A stretch of DNA of 64,000 bases. It comes from the human T2T-CHM13v2.0 reference genome, Homo sapiens. The notes under the pieces are model-generated. The model worked only from the letters and a program-made list of their open reading frames with translations. It ran no database searches and was not told the DNA's origin. The stretch's first letter is position 1. Each line of letters starts with the position of its first letter. Positions 18,429 through 32,694 of the stretch are shown piece by piece. A program made the position numbers and the translations under genes. The stretch lies in NCBI RefSeq assembly GCF_009914755.1, contig NC_060937.1; one strand, given 5' to 3'.

Positions 18429-18778
18429 TGTATTAGTCCGTTTTTGTGCTGCTGATAAAGACATACACAAGACTGGGAAGAAGAAGAGGTTTAATTGGAC
18501 TTACAGTTCCACATGGCTGGGGAGGCGAATCATGGTGGGAGATGAAAGGCACTTCTTACATCGCGGCAGCAAGAGAAAATGATGAAGAAGCAAAAGCGAA
18601 AACCCCTGATAAACTCATCAGATTTTGTGAGACTTATTCGCTGTCACGAGAATAGCATAGGAAAGACCGACCCGTATGTTTCCATTATCTCCCCCTGGGT
18701 CCCTCCTACAACACGTGGGAATTCTGGGAGATATAATTCAAGTTGAGATTTGAGTGGGGACACAGCCAAACCACATCA
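18429..18778 (-). mobile_element. THE1C-like MaLR solo LTR nested in L1
   Basis: tgtattagtccg…cagccaaaccacatca; perfect 5-bp TSD acata. Confidence 0.93.
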
Positions 18779-20984
18779 ACATAGGCACAGGCAAAGATTT
18801 CATGAGGAAAATGTCAAAAGCAATTGCAGCAAAAGCAAAAATTGACACATGAGATCTAATTAAACTAAAGAGCTTCTGCCTAGCAAAGGAAACTATCAAG
18901 AGGGTGAATAGACAGCCTACAGCATGAAAGAAATTTTTTGCAAACTATACATCTGACAAAGGTCTAATATCCAAAACCTATAAGGAATTCAAACAAATGC
19001 ATAAGCAAAAAACAAACAACCCCGTTAAAAAGTGGGCAAAGGACATGAAAACTTTTCAAAAGAAGACATACACTTGGTCAATAAGCATATGAAAAAATAT
19101 TCAACATCACTCATCATTAGAGGAATGCAAATCAAAACTACAATGAGATACCATCTCACACCAGTCAGAATCGCTATGATTAAAATGTCAAAAAATAATA
19201 GATGCTGAAGAGATTGTGAAGAAAAGGAACACATACTCTGCTGGTGGGAATGTAACTTAGTTCAGCCATAGTGGAAAGAAGTTTGGCAATTTCTCAAAGA
19301 ACTTAAAACAGAATTACCATTTAACCCAGCAACACCATTATTGGCTATATACCCAAAGGATATAAATCAATCTACCATAAAGACACATGCATGTGGATGT
19401 TCATCACAACACTATTCACAATAGCAAAGACATGGAATCAACCTAAATGCCCATCAATGTAGACTGGATAAAGAAAATGTGGTACATATATACCATGGAA
19501 TACTATGCAGCTATAAAAGGAATGAGATCATGTCTTTTGATGACCATGAATGGAGCTGAAGGCCATTCTCCTTAGCAAACTAACACAGGAACAGAAAGCC
19601 AAATACAGCATATTCTTACTCATATGTAGTAACTAAATGATGAGAACACATGGACACATAGAGGGGAACAACACATACTGGGGCCTATTGGAGGGTGGAG
19701 GATGGGAGCAGGGAGAGGATCAGGAAAAATAACTAATGGGTACTAAGCTAAATACCTGGGTGATGAAATAATCTGTACAACAAACCCCCATGACACAAGT
19801 TGACCTATGTAACAAACCTGCACATATACCTTTGAACTTAAAATGAAAGTTAGAACAAATCTGGCTTGGTATATAATTCACAGCCTCATAAATTACATTC
19901 AACATTATAGTTTCTTAATTTTTAAGTACAATTCATACGCAATATGTTAAATCCAAATAGTGTTTCTTAAAAAAGGAAAACTATTACTATCATATTATCA
20001 TTCTAAGAAGAATGTAAATGAGTAACCAATAAAAATAAAGTATATGAAGATATATAATCAATTTTCATGTAAGACTATAGCCATAATATTGCTTGATCTT
20101 CTACTCTTCTACTAACTTGCAAAGTTAGTTTTCAATACAAAGTATTGAAGTATTATTAAAATCTCGTACTTTTTGTTTGGGTTTTTTTCCTCTTACATAC
20201 AGATAATAGTTTTCCCACTCTTATTTTTATTTAAACAACAGAAGATTCCAAAAATATGTTTTGTCAATATAAGTTCTACAAGATGCTTGTAGATATTCCT
20301 CAAAAAGATTTCATTGTTAAAGAATTTTGGAAAACCATGAGTACAACAAAGAAGTTTCTTTATGATAATACTTTCACAAGCCTTTCATATGACACTGTTC
20401 ATCAAGAAATTCCGAGAAGGTCATACAGAAGGAATTCCTTCCGAGATGACTTAGCTTGAAAAACTTAATGTCATAGGGGCTCGACCAACAGCTCTTAGAA
20501 CTAATATTCTGAACGAAAGCACTGGAAAGAAATGCTTCTTTGAACTAATGAGCAAAATGTCTGGATTTGTACATAATATTTTTGCAAAGCTATTAGGTTC
20601 AAATTTCTGGAGGAGGCTCCTTTAGGATTAAGGAAAATCAAGATGAACATAAATAAGGCAGATTTGTCACCTTCATATTTTATTGCTTATCAAAATGAAG
20701 CTCAACAAGGCTTAAGTTAGAATAACTGAAGTAGGAGTATGTCATAGGAGAAATTACATTCCTTCTGCTCCTCCATGCCCAGGGTGAAAAAGAATTGCTA
20801 AGAGGGAGCTTCTGCTTCTGTAAAAGAGAACGCTCTTGTTATGGTGTGTATGTGTAACTCTTATCCTATATATATGGATAAGTAATGTTTTGTTCGTGAT
20901 TGCCTACACCATTTTCTCATTTGGTTTTGCTCAGGCTAATGCATGTGCAGTAGGGTTTTTTTAATTTTTAAAATTATAAAAATA

Positions 20985-21510
20985 TTTATTTAAGATTGAC
21001 CTATAATAATTGTACATATTTATGGGGAATAGCATGATGTTCTGATATATGTATATGCTGTGTAATAAGCAAATCAGGATAATTGCCATATCCATCACCT
21101 TAAATATTTATCATTCCTTCGTGATAAGAACATTTTAAAACCTCTCTTCTAGCTATTTTAAAATCCATAACAACATTACTGTTAATTCCAGTCATCATCC
21201 TACTATGCAATAGAACAGCAAAACTTATATCTGACCTGAGTTTTGCACCCAATCTTTCTCTATCCGGCTTTTCCACTTCCCTCCCCATCCTTTGGTAACC
21301 ATTATTTTACTCTTACTTCTATAAGAACACCTTTTTAGATTCCACATATGAGTGAGATCATGTGGTATTTGTCTTTCTCTGCCTGGCTTATTTCACTTGG
21401 CATAATATGGCTCCAGGTTCATCTATGTTGCCGTAAAAGACAGGATTCCATTCTTTTTATGGCTAAATAGTATTCCATTGTGTATATGTGCCATGTTTTC
21501 ATTATCCATG
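20985..21510 (-). mobile_element. L1MA-type 3' end
   Basis: aattgtacatatttatgggg…agattccacatatgagtgagatcatgtggtatttgtc. Confidence 0.85.
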
Positions 21511-21805
21511 CTGTGCAGTGTTGACTGTCAACACTGTCAGTTTTTTGCACAAAGTGAGGGGTGGGGAGGAGTTGTGCAGCTAATGGAATGGGGGAGATGG
21601 CTTGTCCTCCACCTTCTCCAGAATTAGGGCTTCATTAATTTGTTTAAATATTTCAAATCTCCAGGATTGAGGCATACCTACAGTAAAATGTAAATACAGA
21701 AACACTTTTCAAGGAGAAATATTCAGGATTCATTGATTGTTTTTCTTTTCCATCAGTATGCTACCATTTTCCTTTATTGACACAGATACTCAAGAATTGG
21801 CTATA

Positions 21806-22159
21806 CTGTCATCCCTTAGTGCCTGTAGGGAATTTGTTCCCGGGCACTCCCCACCCCACCATAGATACCAAAATCTGTGGATGCTCAAGTCACATATATA
21901 AAATGGAGTGCAGTATTTGCATATAAGCTATGCACATCCTCCCATATACTTTAAATCATCTCTAGATTACGTATGATACTTGATTACTTATGATTATTTA
22001 TAATACAATGTAGATGCTAAGTAAATAGTTGTTATACTGTATGTTTTCATTTGCATTGTTTTTATTATTGTTATTTTCTTTTTTTTTTTTCTGAATATTC
22101 TTAATCCACAGCAAACTGAATCCATAGATGTGGAACCCATGGATACAGAGGGCCAACTG
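21806..22159 (+). mobile_element. MER2 (TcMar-Tigger non-autonomous DNA transposon)
   Basis: gataccaaaatctgtggatgctcaagtc…ggatacagagggccaactg; decayed TIRs, TA on the left. Confidence 0.85.
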
Positions 22160-22231
22160 CACTTTGTTTATTCAAATATTAAATGGGAAATCTATTAAAA
22201 ATCAATCTTTCCTAAATTAAACTGTTTTTAA

Positions 22232-22538
22232 TTTTTTTTTTTTTTTTTTTTTTGAGACGGAGTTTCGCTCTTGTTGCCCAGGCTGAAGTGCAGTGGCGCG
22301 CAACTTTGTCTCACTGCAACCTCCGCCTCCCCGGTTCAAGCGATTCTCCTGCCTCAGCCTTCCTGAGTAGCTGGGATTACAGGCACGTGCCACCACTCCT
22401 GGCTATTTTCATATTTTTAGTAGAGACGGGGTTTCTCCATGTTGGTCAGGCTGGTCTTGAACCCCCAACCTCAGAAGATCCACCTGCCTTGGACTCCCAA
22501 AGTGCTGGGATTACAGGTGTGAGCCACCACGCCTGGCC
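22232..22538 (-). mobile_element. Alu (AluSp/Sq-like)
   Basis: gagtttcgctcttgttgcccagg diagnostic; long poly-T. Confidence 0.95.
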
Positions 22539-25500
22539 CCTAATTTTTTTTAAGTGCCTCCCAATGCAAAAACACATTGCCACCCATAAACTTATTTCGG
22601 AAAAAAAAAGAATAAACCTAAATAGAATCAAGCCTCAGAAAATTAGAGACCAGGAAAAAAAAAGCTGGAATTACCTTAGAGGGATTACATCACCAAAATC
22701 CAGTCTACAGGAAACTTCACAGGCCAAATCACTCAATTTCTTCAAATTGCAAAAAGCAAAAAAGGGGGAGGGGGGAAGCTGTAATTTGAGAGCCCTCAAA
22801 GACATTTATTTTTAAGTATTTTAAATAAATACTGTACTATTGTATATAAGGATGTACATTTAGGGCATAAACCATGAAGAAAAGGGAGGAAGTGATGACT
22901 GTCAACGTCTGGACTGTTTTTGCTTTTAGGGAGGAGGTAAGGGCTGTCATTGGCACAGCACACAGAGGCAGTACTACCAAAGCGTTTGGCAAAGGTCTAT
23001 TGTTCCTAATTTTAAATGGGCTTAGCTAGAAAGGAACATATATTAAACATAAAAAGCACTACAGGGAGTTTATAATTTCATTGTCATTGTATCTACTGGT
23101 AGTTTCTGAACTGTCACACAACCCCAGGTTCTCTGGAGTCCTTTATGCCTACTCTAGAAGGGCATAAATCCCTTATCACACTTCAACAGCTGTCTGTACA
23201 CATTTGGCCAAAAGTATCAGAGAACACCAACTCCTCAAAAAGTAGGAGTGTGGGAGAGAGAGGAAGGTTTAAGTCTAAACCTAATTTCCCGGTTCAGACA
23301 GTTGCCCGCACTAAAGGCCTCCTATTTTCTTTCAACAGAGATAGCATTTGGTTTTCCATATTTATATCCTATATACTTGTGTGTACAATGCAAGCTTTGT
23401 TATGCTGTATCTGGCCAGTGTTTTCTTCCCTTTACAACAGGCAGTAACTGTAGCTGTGCATAATGTACCTGACAGTGAAGGTGGCTGGCTATTGAAGTCT
23501 CTTGTTGGGCAACGTTTGTGCTGGCACAGCCATGGTATTTTTCTTTCTTCCTGTCCCTCCAAACTTTCTTGGTTTAATGACAGTCTTATGTTTCATTTGT
23601 TTTCTCTGATCCAACGTGTTTATGTGAGGGCAGTTCTAGGGTACATAAAAGTCAGTTTCAGGGTGGTAATTATTGACCATGGTTTTACACAGCACCTCAT
23701 GTGGTAAGAAGATAAATGCATAATCACCCAGTAATAAGAAAAACTCTGACTGAAGGACCAAAGGACGTTGTCATTTTACTCCACCCTCTGTGAGTCAGCG
23801 AAATGGATTGAATTATAAACCAGAAACCAGCACTTCAATCTGATGAAACTCATCCTATAGAGGAAAGTGTCACTACATGTTGGCAGTTTGTAAAATGTGA
23901 TGATCTGCCCTAATCCATTGGAACTGACATGTCCTTAATAATAGCAACATTCTTTGTAAATTAAATAGCTATTATTTTTTCAAACCTGTCAGGATATGCT
24001 TATGCAGTTGACGCACACGTGATCATAGTCATGTTCACTGTGTCTAAAAGTGAGAAAAATAGAATCCATTTTGGAATGTGTAAAATTAAGCCAGTAATCT
24101 TGGTCTCTCAAGGCATGAACCAAAACTGAGCTAAAAACCCTGGATTGATTTTCCACATATAAATAAACTGAGTCTGGATGGTGGCATATGTCCCAAGGTC
24201 ATTGTGCAATGGTAATCGATGATTAATTAATCATGTAGTAAACATTCATTGAGCACCTATTCTGTCCTAGGCACAGTGCTAGGCAAGGATGCAGCAAAGA
24301 AATGACAAGAATCGTTCTTATCTGTTTCCATTTCTCCACTGCTTGTTTAACCCTTTCTAGTCAGCAACCTGGTACTCTTTTCTCTCCTGTGAGGAGAGAG
24401 ACCGTCTGTGCTCCCTGTGCCTTCAAGGCTGCCCTTGCAAAGGACACTTCTTCCACAGAGAAACGAGTGACATATGGTTTATGTTGGTGGCTTAGCTAAA
24501 AGGGAACATATTTTCAGCATAGTGCTGCCACCCTTTTTAAAAAATTTCTTGTAACCTCGACGAACCTCAGGAGAAATTCTCTAGAATTGTGTTACAGTAC
24601 ATGAACAATTCTTTTGCAAAGTTATTTCATGACTTGAAGATTATAACAGGTAAGGATTGCAACATGAAGTCATGCAAGACAGGCTTAAAATAATTTGAAA
24701 TTTTCTGACGTGTCTTACAAATAAACCACTGTGAGAGTCATCTTAAAGTCAGGCTTTATCTTGGACACATCAGCTTATAACCTGGGTAATGATGTGTCTG
24801 AAGCAGACAGGATATGGCAAACTGGGAAGCCAAAGGTTTAATCAGGGGGCTTACTATCAGCAGATCTCACTTAATGGACTGTTATCAAGGTGTTGCTGAA
24901 GATTGCAAATATTAAGCCTGAAACACCCGATGGTTGCTGTTTTGTTTATAATATTTGAATGAGAACAGCAAGTGAAGAGTATAAGTCAGAGCTACTGTAC
25001 CTGTAGGCTGTGCCTCACACAAGGGCACCCAGTGGAGAAGGTAGCAGGCTGGGGCTAAAATCCCGTGTGCACCATGCTCACTGGGCCATACACCCTGAGG
25101 TGAGGCTACACTGGCCCAGAGGGGTGCCTTTTGTGTGTTTGTATAAAGGTGCTATATGGGTAGCTGTGGCACTAGCACTATTGTCTTCCCAAGACAGATT
25201 TTTGGAAACTGCTGACGTGGCTAAGATAGGGGAAGGGCTGTCTTACTGCTAGTGGAAGAACTAACTCTAGCTAGGATATATGTTCTTTCCCAGAACAAGC
25301 TGGGCACTCTCCAATGATTCCAAGTTACCAGGCATTTCTGGGGGCGGAAGAGCATTGTTGCTCCACCCACCTCCTTTTCCTGGAGAATTGTCAAGATCTA
25401 GGATTTCCCCAGAGCTGGAATAATTACTGAGTAGAGTCCAGCCCTGCTGAGAAATTGCAGAGTAAATTTCCCCTGAAGGCCATGTCTCCTGCATCCTGCC

Positions 25501-25783
25501 ACCTGCATCTTGGTTGTAGTTTAAAAGTCTTGTCCAAGAGGATTGCTAAAATATAAATGCCCAGACTGACAGCTGCTCTCTGCACAGTGTGAAACATTAG
25601 CTTATAAGAAATCCTAGGTTTCCTGTGTTTACCATCACACACCACTTCCATGGAATTAAGTTGGGTCTCATTAATGTGTGGAATGCTCCATATCTTAATG
25701 AAATCCTCTTTTGCATGTGTGCGTGATATGACAGTGTAACAGCTCAGAAATTACCACAATGCTCCACTCTACATTTCCTAGCC

Positions 25784-25786
<3 letters not shown>

Positions 25787-25830
<44 letters not shown>
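25787..25830. repeat. (AC)~22 microsatellite
   Basis: Uninterrupted AC run. Confidence 0.97.
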
Positions 25831-25832
<2 letters not shown>

Positions 25833-25892
25833 CAACCACTATTAGGAACAGTAACATTAAGTGGAGGAAGCTATCAAGATATAAATAAGGAG

Positions 25893-26306
<414 letters not shown>

Positions 26307-26829
26307 TTAAAAGCTGAAGGCATCAAGAGTTGACATTGCTCATGGCACATCAAGGGAAAATTCAGAAAAGGAAGTATCTGTTCGCTCATTACCCAAATGT
26401 AAATTATATGTGCTCTTGAAGTATGCCCTTTATTTAATTTTAATGCATTTTAAATTTTAATATGAATTACTCTACATGAATCACCCTTTTTGTTTTCAAT
26501 GCCATTAGCACACAAAAATTGAGGAAGGGATTCTATTTTCTGGTAATTCAAACTATTTTATGAGGTGTAGCACATGATATTGTGTCTTCCATAGAGAAGG
26601 AACTCAGTGTTTGTTGAAAGCAATTTCAATGTGATATGTTAGCTATGATCTAATGTGAGTGGGTAATGACTTCCCATATTCTTTTTTTTTTTTTTTTGCA
26701 GCTAAGAAGGATTCTTCTATTCCCATTCATATTTTAAAAAGTGTTTGGTTCTTAATAAAACCAAGGCATAGTTTTTTAAAGAGTATCTTGGCATCACTCT
26801 CAGACGTATGCAATCAAAGAGATTCAAAG

Positions 26830-28432
26830 GCAATACTGTGAAAATGACCATATTGCCAAAAGCAATCTACAGATTCAATGCAATTCCCATCAAAATATCA
26901 TCACAATTCTTCACAGAACTAGAAAAAACAATCCTAAAATTCATATGGAATCAAAAAAGAGCCCTCATAGCCAAAGCAAAACTAAGCAAAAAGAACAAAT
27001 CTGGAGACATCACATTAGCCGACCTCAAACTATATGACAAGGCTGTAGTTACCAAACAGTATGGTACTGGTATAAAAAATAGGCACATAGACCAATGGAA
27101 TAGAACAGAGAACCCCTAAATAAAGCCAAATACTTACAGTCAACTGACCTTCGGCAAAGCAAACAAAAACATAAAGCGGAGAAAAGACATTTATTCAACA
27201 AATGCTGCTGAGATAATTGGCAAGCCACATGTCAAAGAATGAAACTGGTTCCTCAACTCTCACCTTATACAAAAATCAACTCAAGATGGATCAAAGACTT
27301 AAATTTAAGGCCTGAAACCATAACAATTCTAGAAGATAACATCAGAAAAATTCTTCTAGATATTGGCTTAGGCAAAAAGTCTATGACCAAGAACCCAAAA
27401 GCAAATACAACAAAACAGATACATAGATGGTACCTAGTTAAACTTAAAAGCTTTTGCACAGCAAAAGGAATAATCAGCAGAGTTCACAGATAACCCACAG
27501 AGTGGGAGAAAAATATTTGCAAACTCTGCACCTGACAAGAGATTAATATCCAGAATCTACAAGGAGCTCAAACAAATTAGCAAGAAAAAACCAAATACTC
27601 CCATCAAAAGTGGGCTAAGGACATGAATAGACAATTCTCAAAAGAAGATATACAAATGGCCAGCAAACATGTGAAAAAAATGCTAAAAATCACTAGGTAT
27701 CAGGGAAATACAAATTAAAACCACAATGAGCTACCACCTCCAAGAATGACCATAATTTAAAAATTAAAAAATAATAGATGTTGGCATGGTTGTGGTGAAA
27801 AGGGGACACTTTTACACTGCTGGTGGGAATGTAAACTAGTACAACCGCTATGGAAAACAGTATAAAGATTCCTTAAAGAACTGAAAGTAGAACCACCATT
27901 TGATCCAGCAATCCCACTACTGGGTATCTACCCAGAGGAAAATAAGTCATTGTATGAAAAAGACACCTGCACACACATGTTTATAGCAGCACAATTAGCA
28001 ATTGCAAAAATATGGAACCAGCCTAAATGCCTATCAACCAACAAGTGGATAAAGAGAACGTGGTATATATAGACCATGGAATGCACTCAGACATAAAAAA
28101 AGAATGAAATAATGGCATTCACAGCAACGTGGATGGAGTTGGAGACCATTATTCTAAGTGAAGTAACTCAGGAATGGAAAACCAGACATTTATAAGTGAG
28201 AGCTAAGCTATGAGGATGCAAAGGTATAAGAATGATATAATGAACTGTGGAGACTCAGTGGGAAGAGTGGGAGGGGGCAAGGGATAAAACACTACATATT
28301 GAGTACAGTGTACACTGCTTGGGTAATAAGTGCACCAAAATCTCAGAAATCACCACTAAAACACTTATCCATGTAACCAAAAACCACCTGTTCCCCAAAA
28401 CTATTGAATTAAAAATAAAAAATTTAAAAAAA
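26830..28432 (+). mobile_element. L1PB-type 3' fragment
   Basis: [18 protein letters not shown] peptide; 3' UTR aaaatctcagaaatcaccactaaa…ccccaaaactattgaa. Confidence 0.92.
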
Positions 28433-28446
28433 CTAAATTATTTTCC

Positions 28447-28748
<302 letters not shown>

Positions 28749-28917
28749 TCTAAATCATTTTTGTATCCTGTAAAGGCACTCTATCAGGTCGGACTTTTTT
28801 TCATTTGAATAAATTCAGTGATTCGAAAAACCTGTCTTTTGAAAAACCTGATGTGTGAACGCGTTAAGTTAGTGGCCTAGAGATAGTAGGAGACAAACAT
28901 TATATTTTTAAAAAACT

Positions 28918-29220
<303 letters not shown>

Positions 29221-29457
29221 ACATATTTTAAAAAACCAGACAGACACAAATATTTGGGTCATGATTTGATGTACTTTTGACTTTGAGAAGGAGAAACAAC
29301 AAACATACACCTAACTCTGATGCAAGTTGGAATGTAATAAACATCAGACAAGAAGTTCCAAAATTGAAACAGAAAGTCAGAAAGCAAGGCTGGGGCTAGA
29401 AGGAAGATATTACGGAGAAGACTGAAGAAGATGGCATGAACAAAGGCAGAGTGGTGG

Positions 29458-29605
29458 GATGGCTTATAGTCATTGAAATAGGTCCAGCATGCTTGATGGC
29501 TTATAGATATTGGGATAGGTACAGTGTGGCCGATGGCTTATAGTCATTGGGATAGGTACAGTGTGGCCGATGGCTTATAGTCATTGGGATAGGTACAGTG
29601 TGGTC
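29458..29605. repeat. 37-bp minisatellite, 4 copies
   Basis: Unit gatggcttatagtcattgggataggtacagtgtggcc, head-to-tail. Confidence 0.95.
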
Positions 29606-29751
29606 TCCTTTGATTAGAGGAGAAGACACATGAAGGGAGAAGTTTGATGATCAAGCTTCAGGATCGGCTGGAACTAGGGTGTAAAAGGCCTTGAATACCA
29701 GTATGGGCAGTGGCATCATATAAAATGTTAAATTACCAGTTATTGGGGTGA

Positions 29752-30109
<358 letters not shown>

Positions 30110-31189
30110 GAGTTCACTGATTTTCTACTCCCACATGAGCCCACTGAACGTGAAATTGGGAAGAGATGCTAACAAGCAGCACTTGGGAGCTGATACGAGT
30201 CAGCTCCAGCACACCAGCGCATAGGTGTGGAAGCTATGAGAAGGATGAGATTACAGAGGGAGAGGACAGTACAAATAAAACAAACAAACAACAGACAATA
30301 AGACCAAGCCAGAGCCTGTGGATTGCCAGTATTTAAGGATAGTGAAGGCAACGTGGAGTCAGACAAGGGTAGAGGAGCTAGAAATTAGGAAAGCAATCAG
30401 TATAAGCAAGTGTCATGGAAGCTAAAGGAGAGATAACACCAAGATTGAAAACATATTGCTCGATTTGGAAGATAAAAGAAAGTTGGGGATTTTAGGAGAA
30501 CAGCTTTAGGAAAATGGTAGGGATAGATGTTAGGACATAAAGGATTAAGAATTGGGTCAGTGGTCTATGAGTTGACATTTATTAACAACCACCATTGGGC
30601 CATATTCAAACAATTTCACTATCTAAAGGAAAAACTGTACAGGGAATTTAAATAAATATACAAATTAGTCCAAAAGAAAGTGAAATTAAAAATTCCACAG
30701 CAAAGATTTTTGGCACACACTCTCTACGACTTAGCTGGTTTGGGATGCTGCAGTGTCTTTCACATTCTCTTCCATTTCTTGACTTTGTCCATTCAACGAA
30801 AGCTTCCTCAAAACTTATCTGTGAGCCATTAGGTGGGACATGTGATGCCAATTTTTGGTGTAATCTCACATTGAAAATAATTTTAAAATTATAAAATCCA
30901 GGAAGTTCATCTAACTCTCATAAGACCCTCATATTTAACCGCCCACCCCTCTCTTGCTACCATTCTGAGACTTTCGCAGCTGCTCTTCTCTCTAAAAGGA
31001 AGAGTGCAAGAAGTTCACTTTCAAGAGTTCTCCAAGTACTCTGGGCCACAGATAATCCATATACATCCAGCTTCTTTTTAAGCCCTTTGTCTAGAAACCA
31101 TGAAGTTGATTGACAAACTAAGATACTTTGGAAAGCAGAATAGTGTGTATTAGTCATTACCCTGGGACCAGATGCTCTCTCTTTGAGAA

Positions 31190-31375
31190 GGCTGACCAGA
31201 TCACATACAGAACAGCCAGTTACACTTGAATTTCAGATAAAGAATGGATGACATTTTGGCACAGATATGGCCCATGCAGTAGTGGGATATGATTATAAAT
31301 ATTCCCGTGGAGTATTTGATACCTATCCTGAAACTGGGTGTCCTGTATGTTTGTTTGCTAAATCTGTCAACCCTG
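31190..31375. mobile_element. MER53-like hAT MITE
   Basis: ccagttacacttgaatttcagataaa … aactgggtgtcctgtat…gctaaatctgtcaaccct, decayed palindrome. Confidence 0.65.
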
Positions 31376-31436
31376 CCCATTTACATGAGCAACACGCTGT
31401 CTATACACAGGGCAAAAAACTGTTCTGACTCAAAAC

Positions 31437-31595
31437 TTGCTACATAATTTGCAGGGTCCAGTGCAAAATTAAAATTTGGGATTTTCTTGTTCAAAAATTA
31501 TTACAGATTTGAAGATGATGACAGCAGAGCGCTAAATCAAGAATGGGGCCTTTCTAGGTTGGGGGCACAGGTCACAAGTCCATAAGGCTGGCCCT
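31437..31595. mobile_element. MER91-like hAT-Tip100 element
   Basis: ctacataatttgcagggtccagtgcaaaat…aggctggccct. Confidence 0.6.
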
Positions 31596-31727
31596 TTTCT
31601 TACCATTGATATGCTATATTTTACTGAAGTAAAAATTTAAAATATCTCATTTTCCATGTATTAAATAAATAGGTAGAAACCAGCATGCTTTAGACTTAAG
31701 ATTTCACTGAAACATTTTGAGTGCTAA

Positions 31728-32147
<420 letters not shown>

Positions 32148-32405
32148 TGACTGTATTTCCGATATGCATATAGTATAACACATATAGTATCTATTTACCC
32201 TAAAGTGGCATTTAAAATTAAATGAAGGACATGCTTTAAGGGCAATTATAACTTTCATTTGAGTACTAAGAGATCGGATGGCAAAATTGCACCTTAATAT
32301 TCTGTATACTACATGATATGCATGTCTATATGCTATGTAACGTGTGTAAATATATTGTGTAATGTTATGTGTGCTCCTGGCTTCTCCAGTTGATGAATAT
32401 ATTCT

Positions 32406-32694
<289 letters not shown>

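Noticed and set aside
22252-22815. 187-aa ORF and similar ORFs (601, 9708, 16920, 31734, 57413, 60103)
   Set aside because: Antisense/sense Alu translations ([22 protein letters not shown]) running into flanks; no gene structure
29458-29605. CRISPR-like 37-bp repeats
   Set aside because: Units are contiguous with no unique spacers, there are no cas genes, and the context is primate DNA
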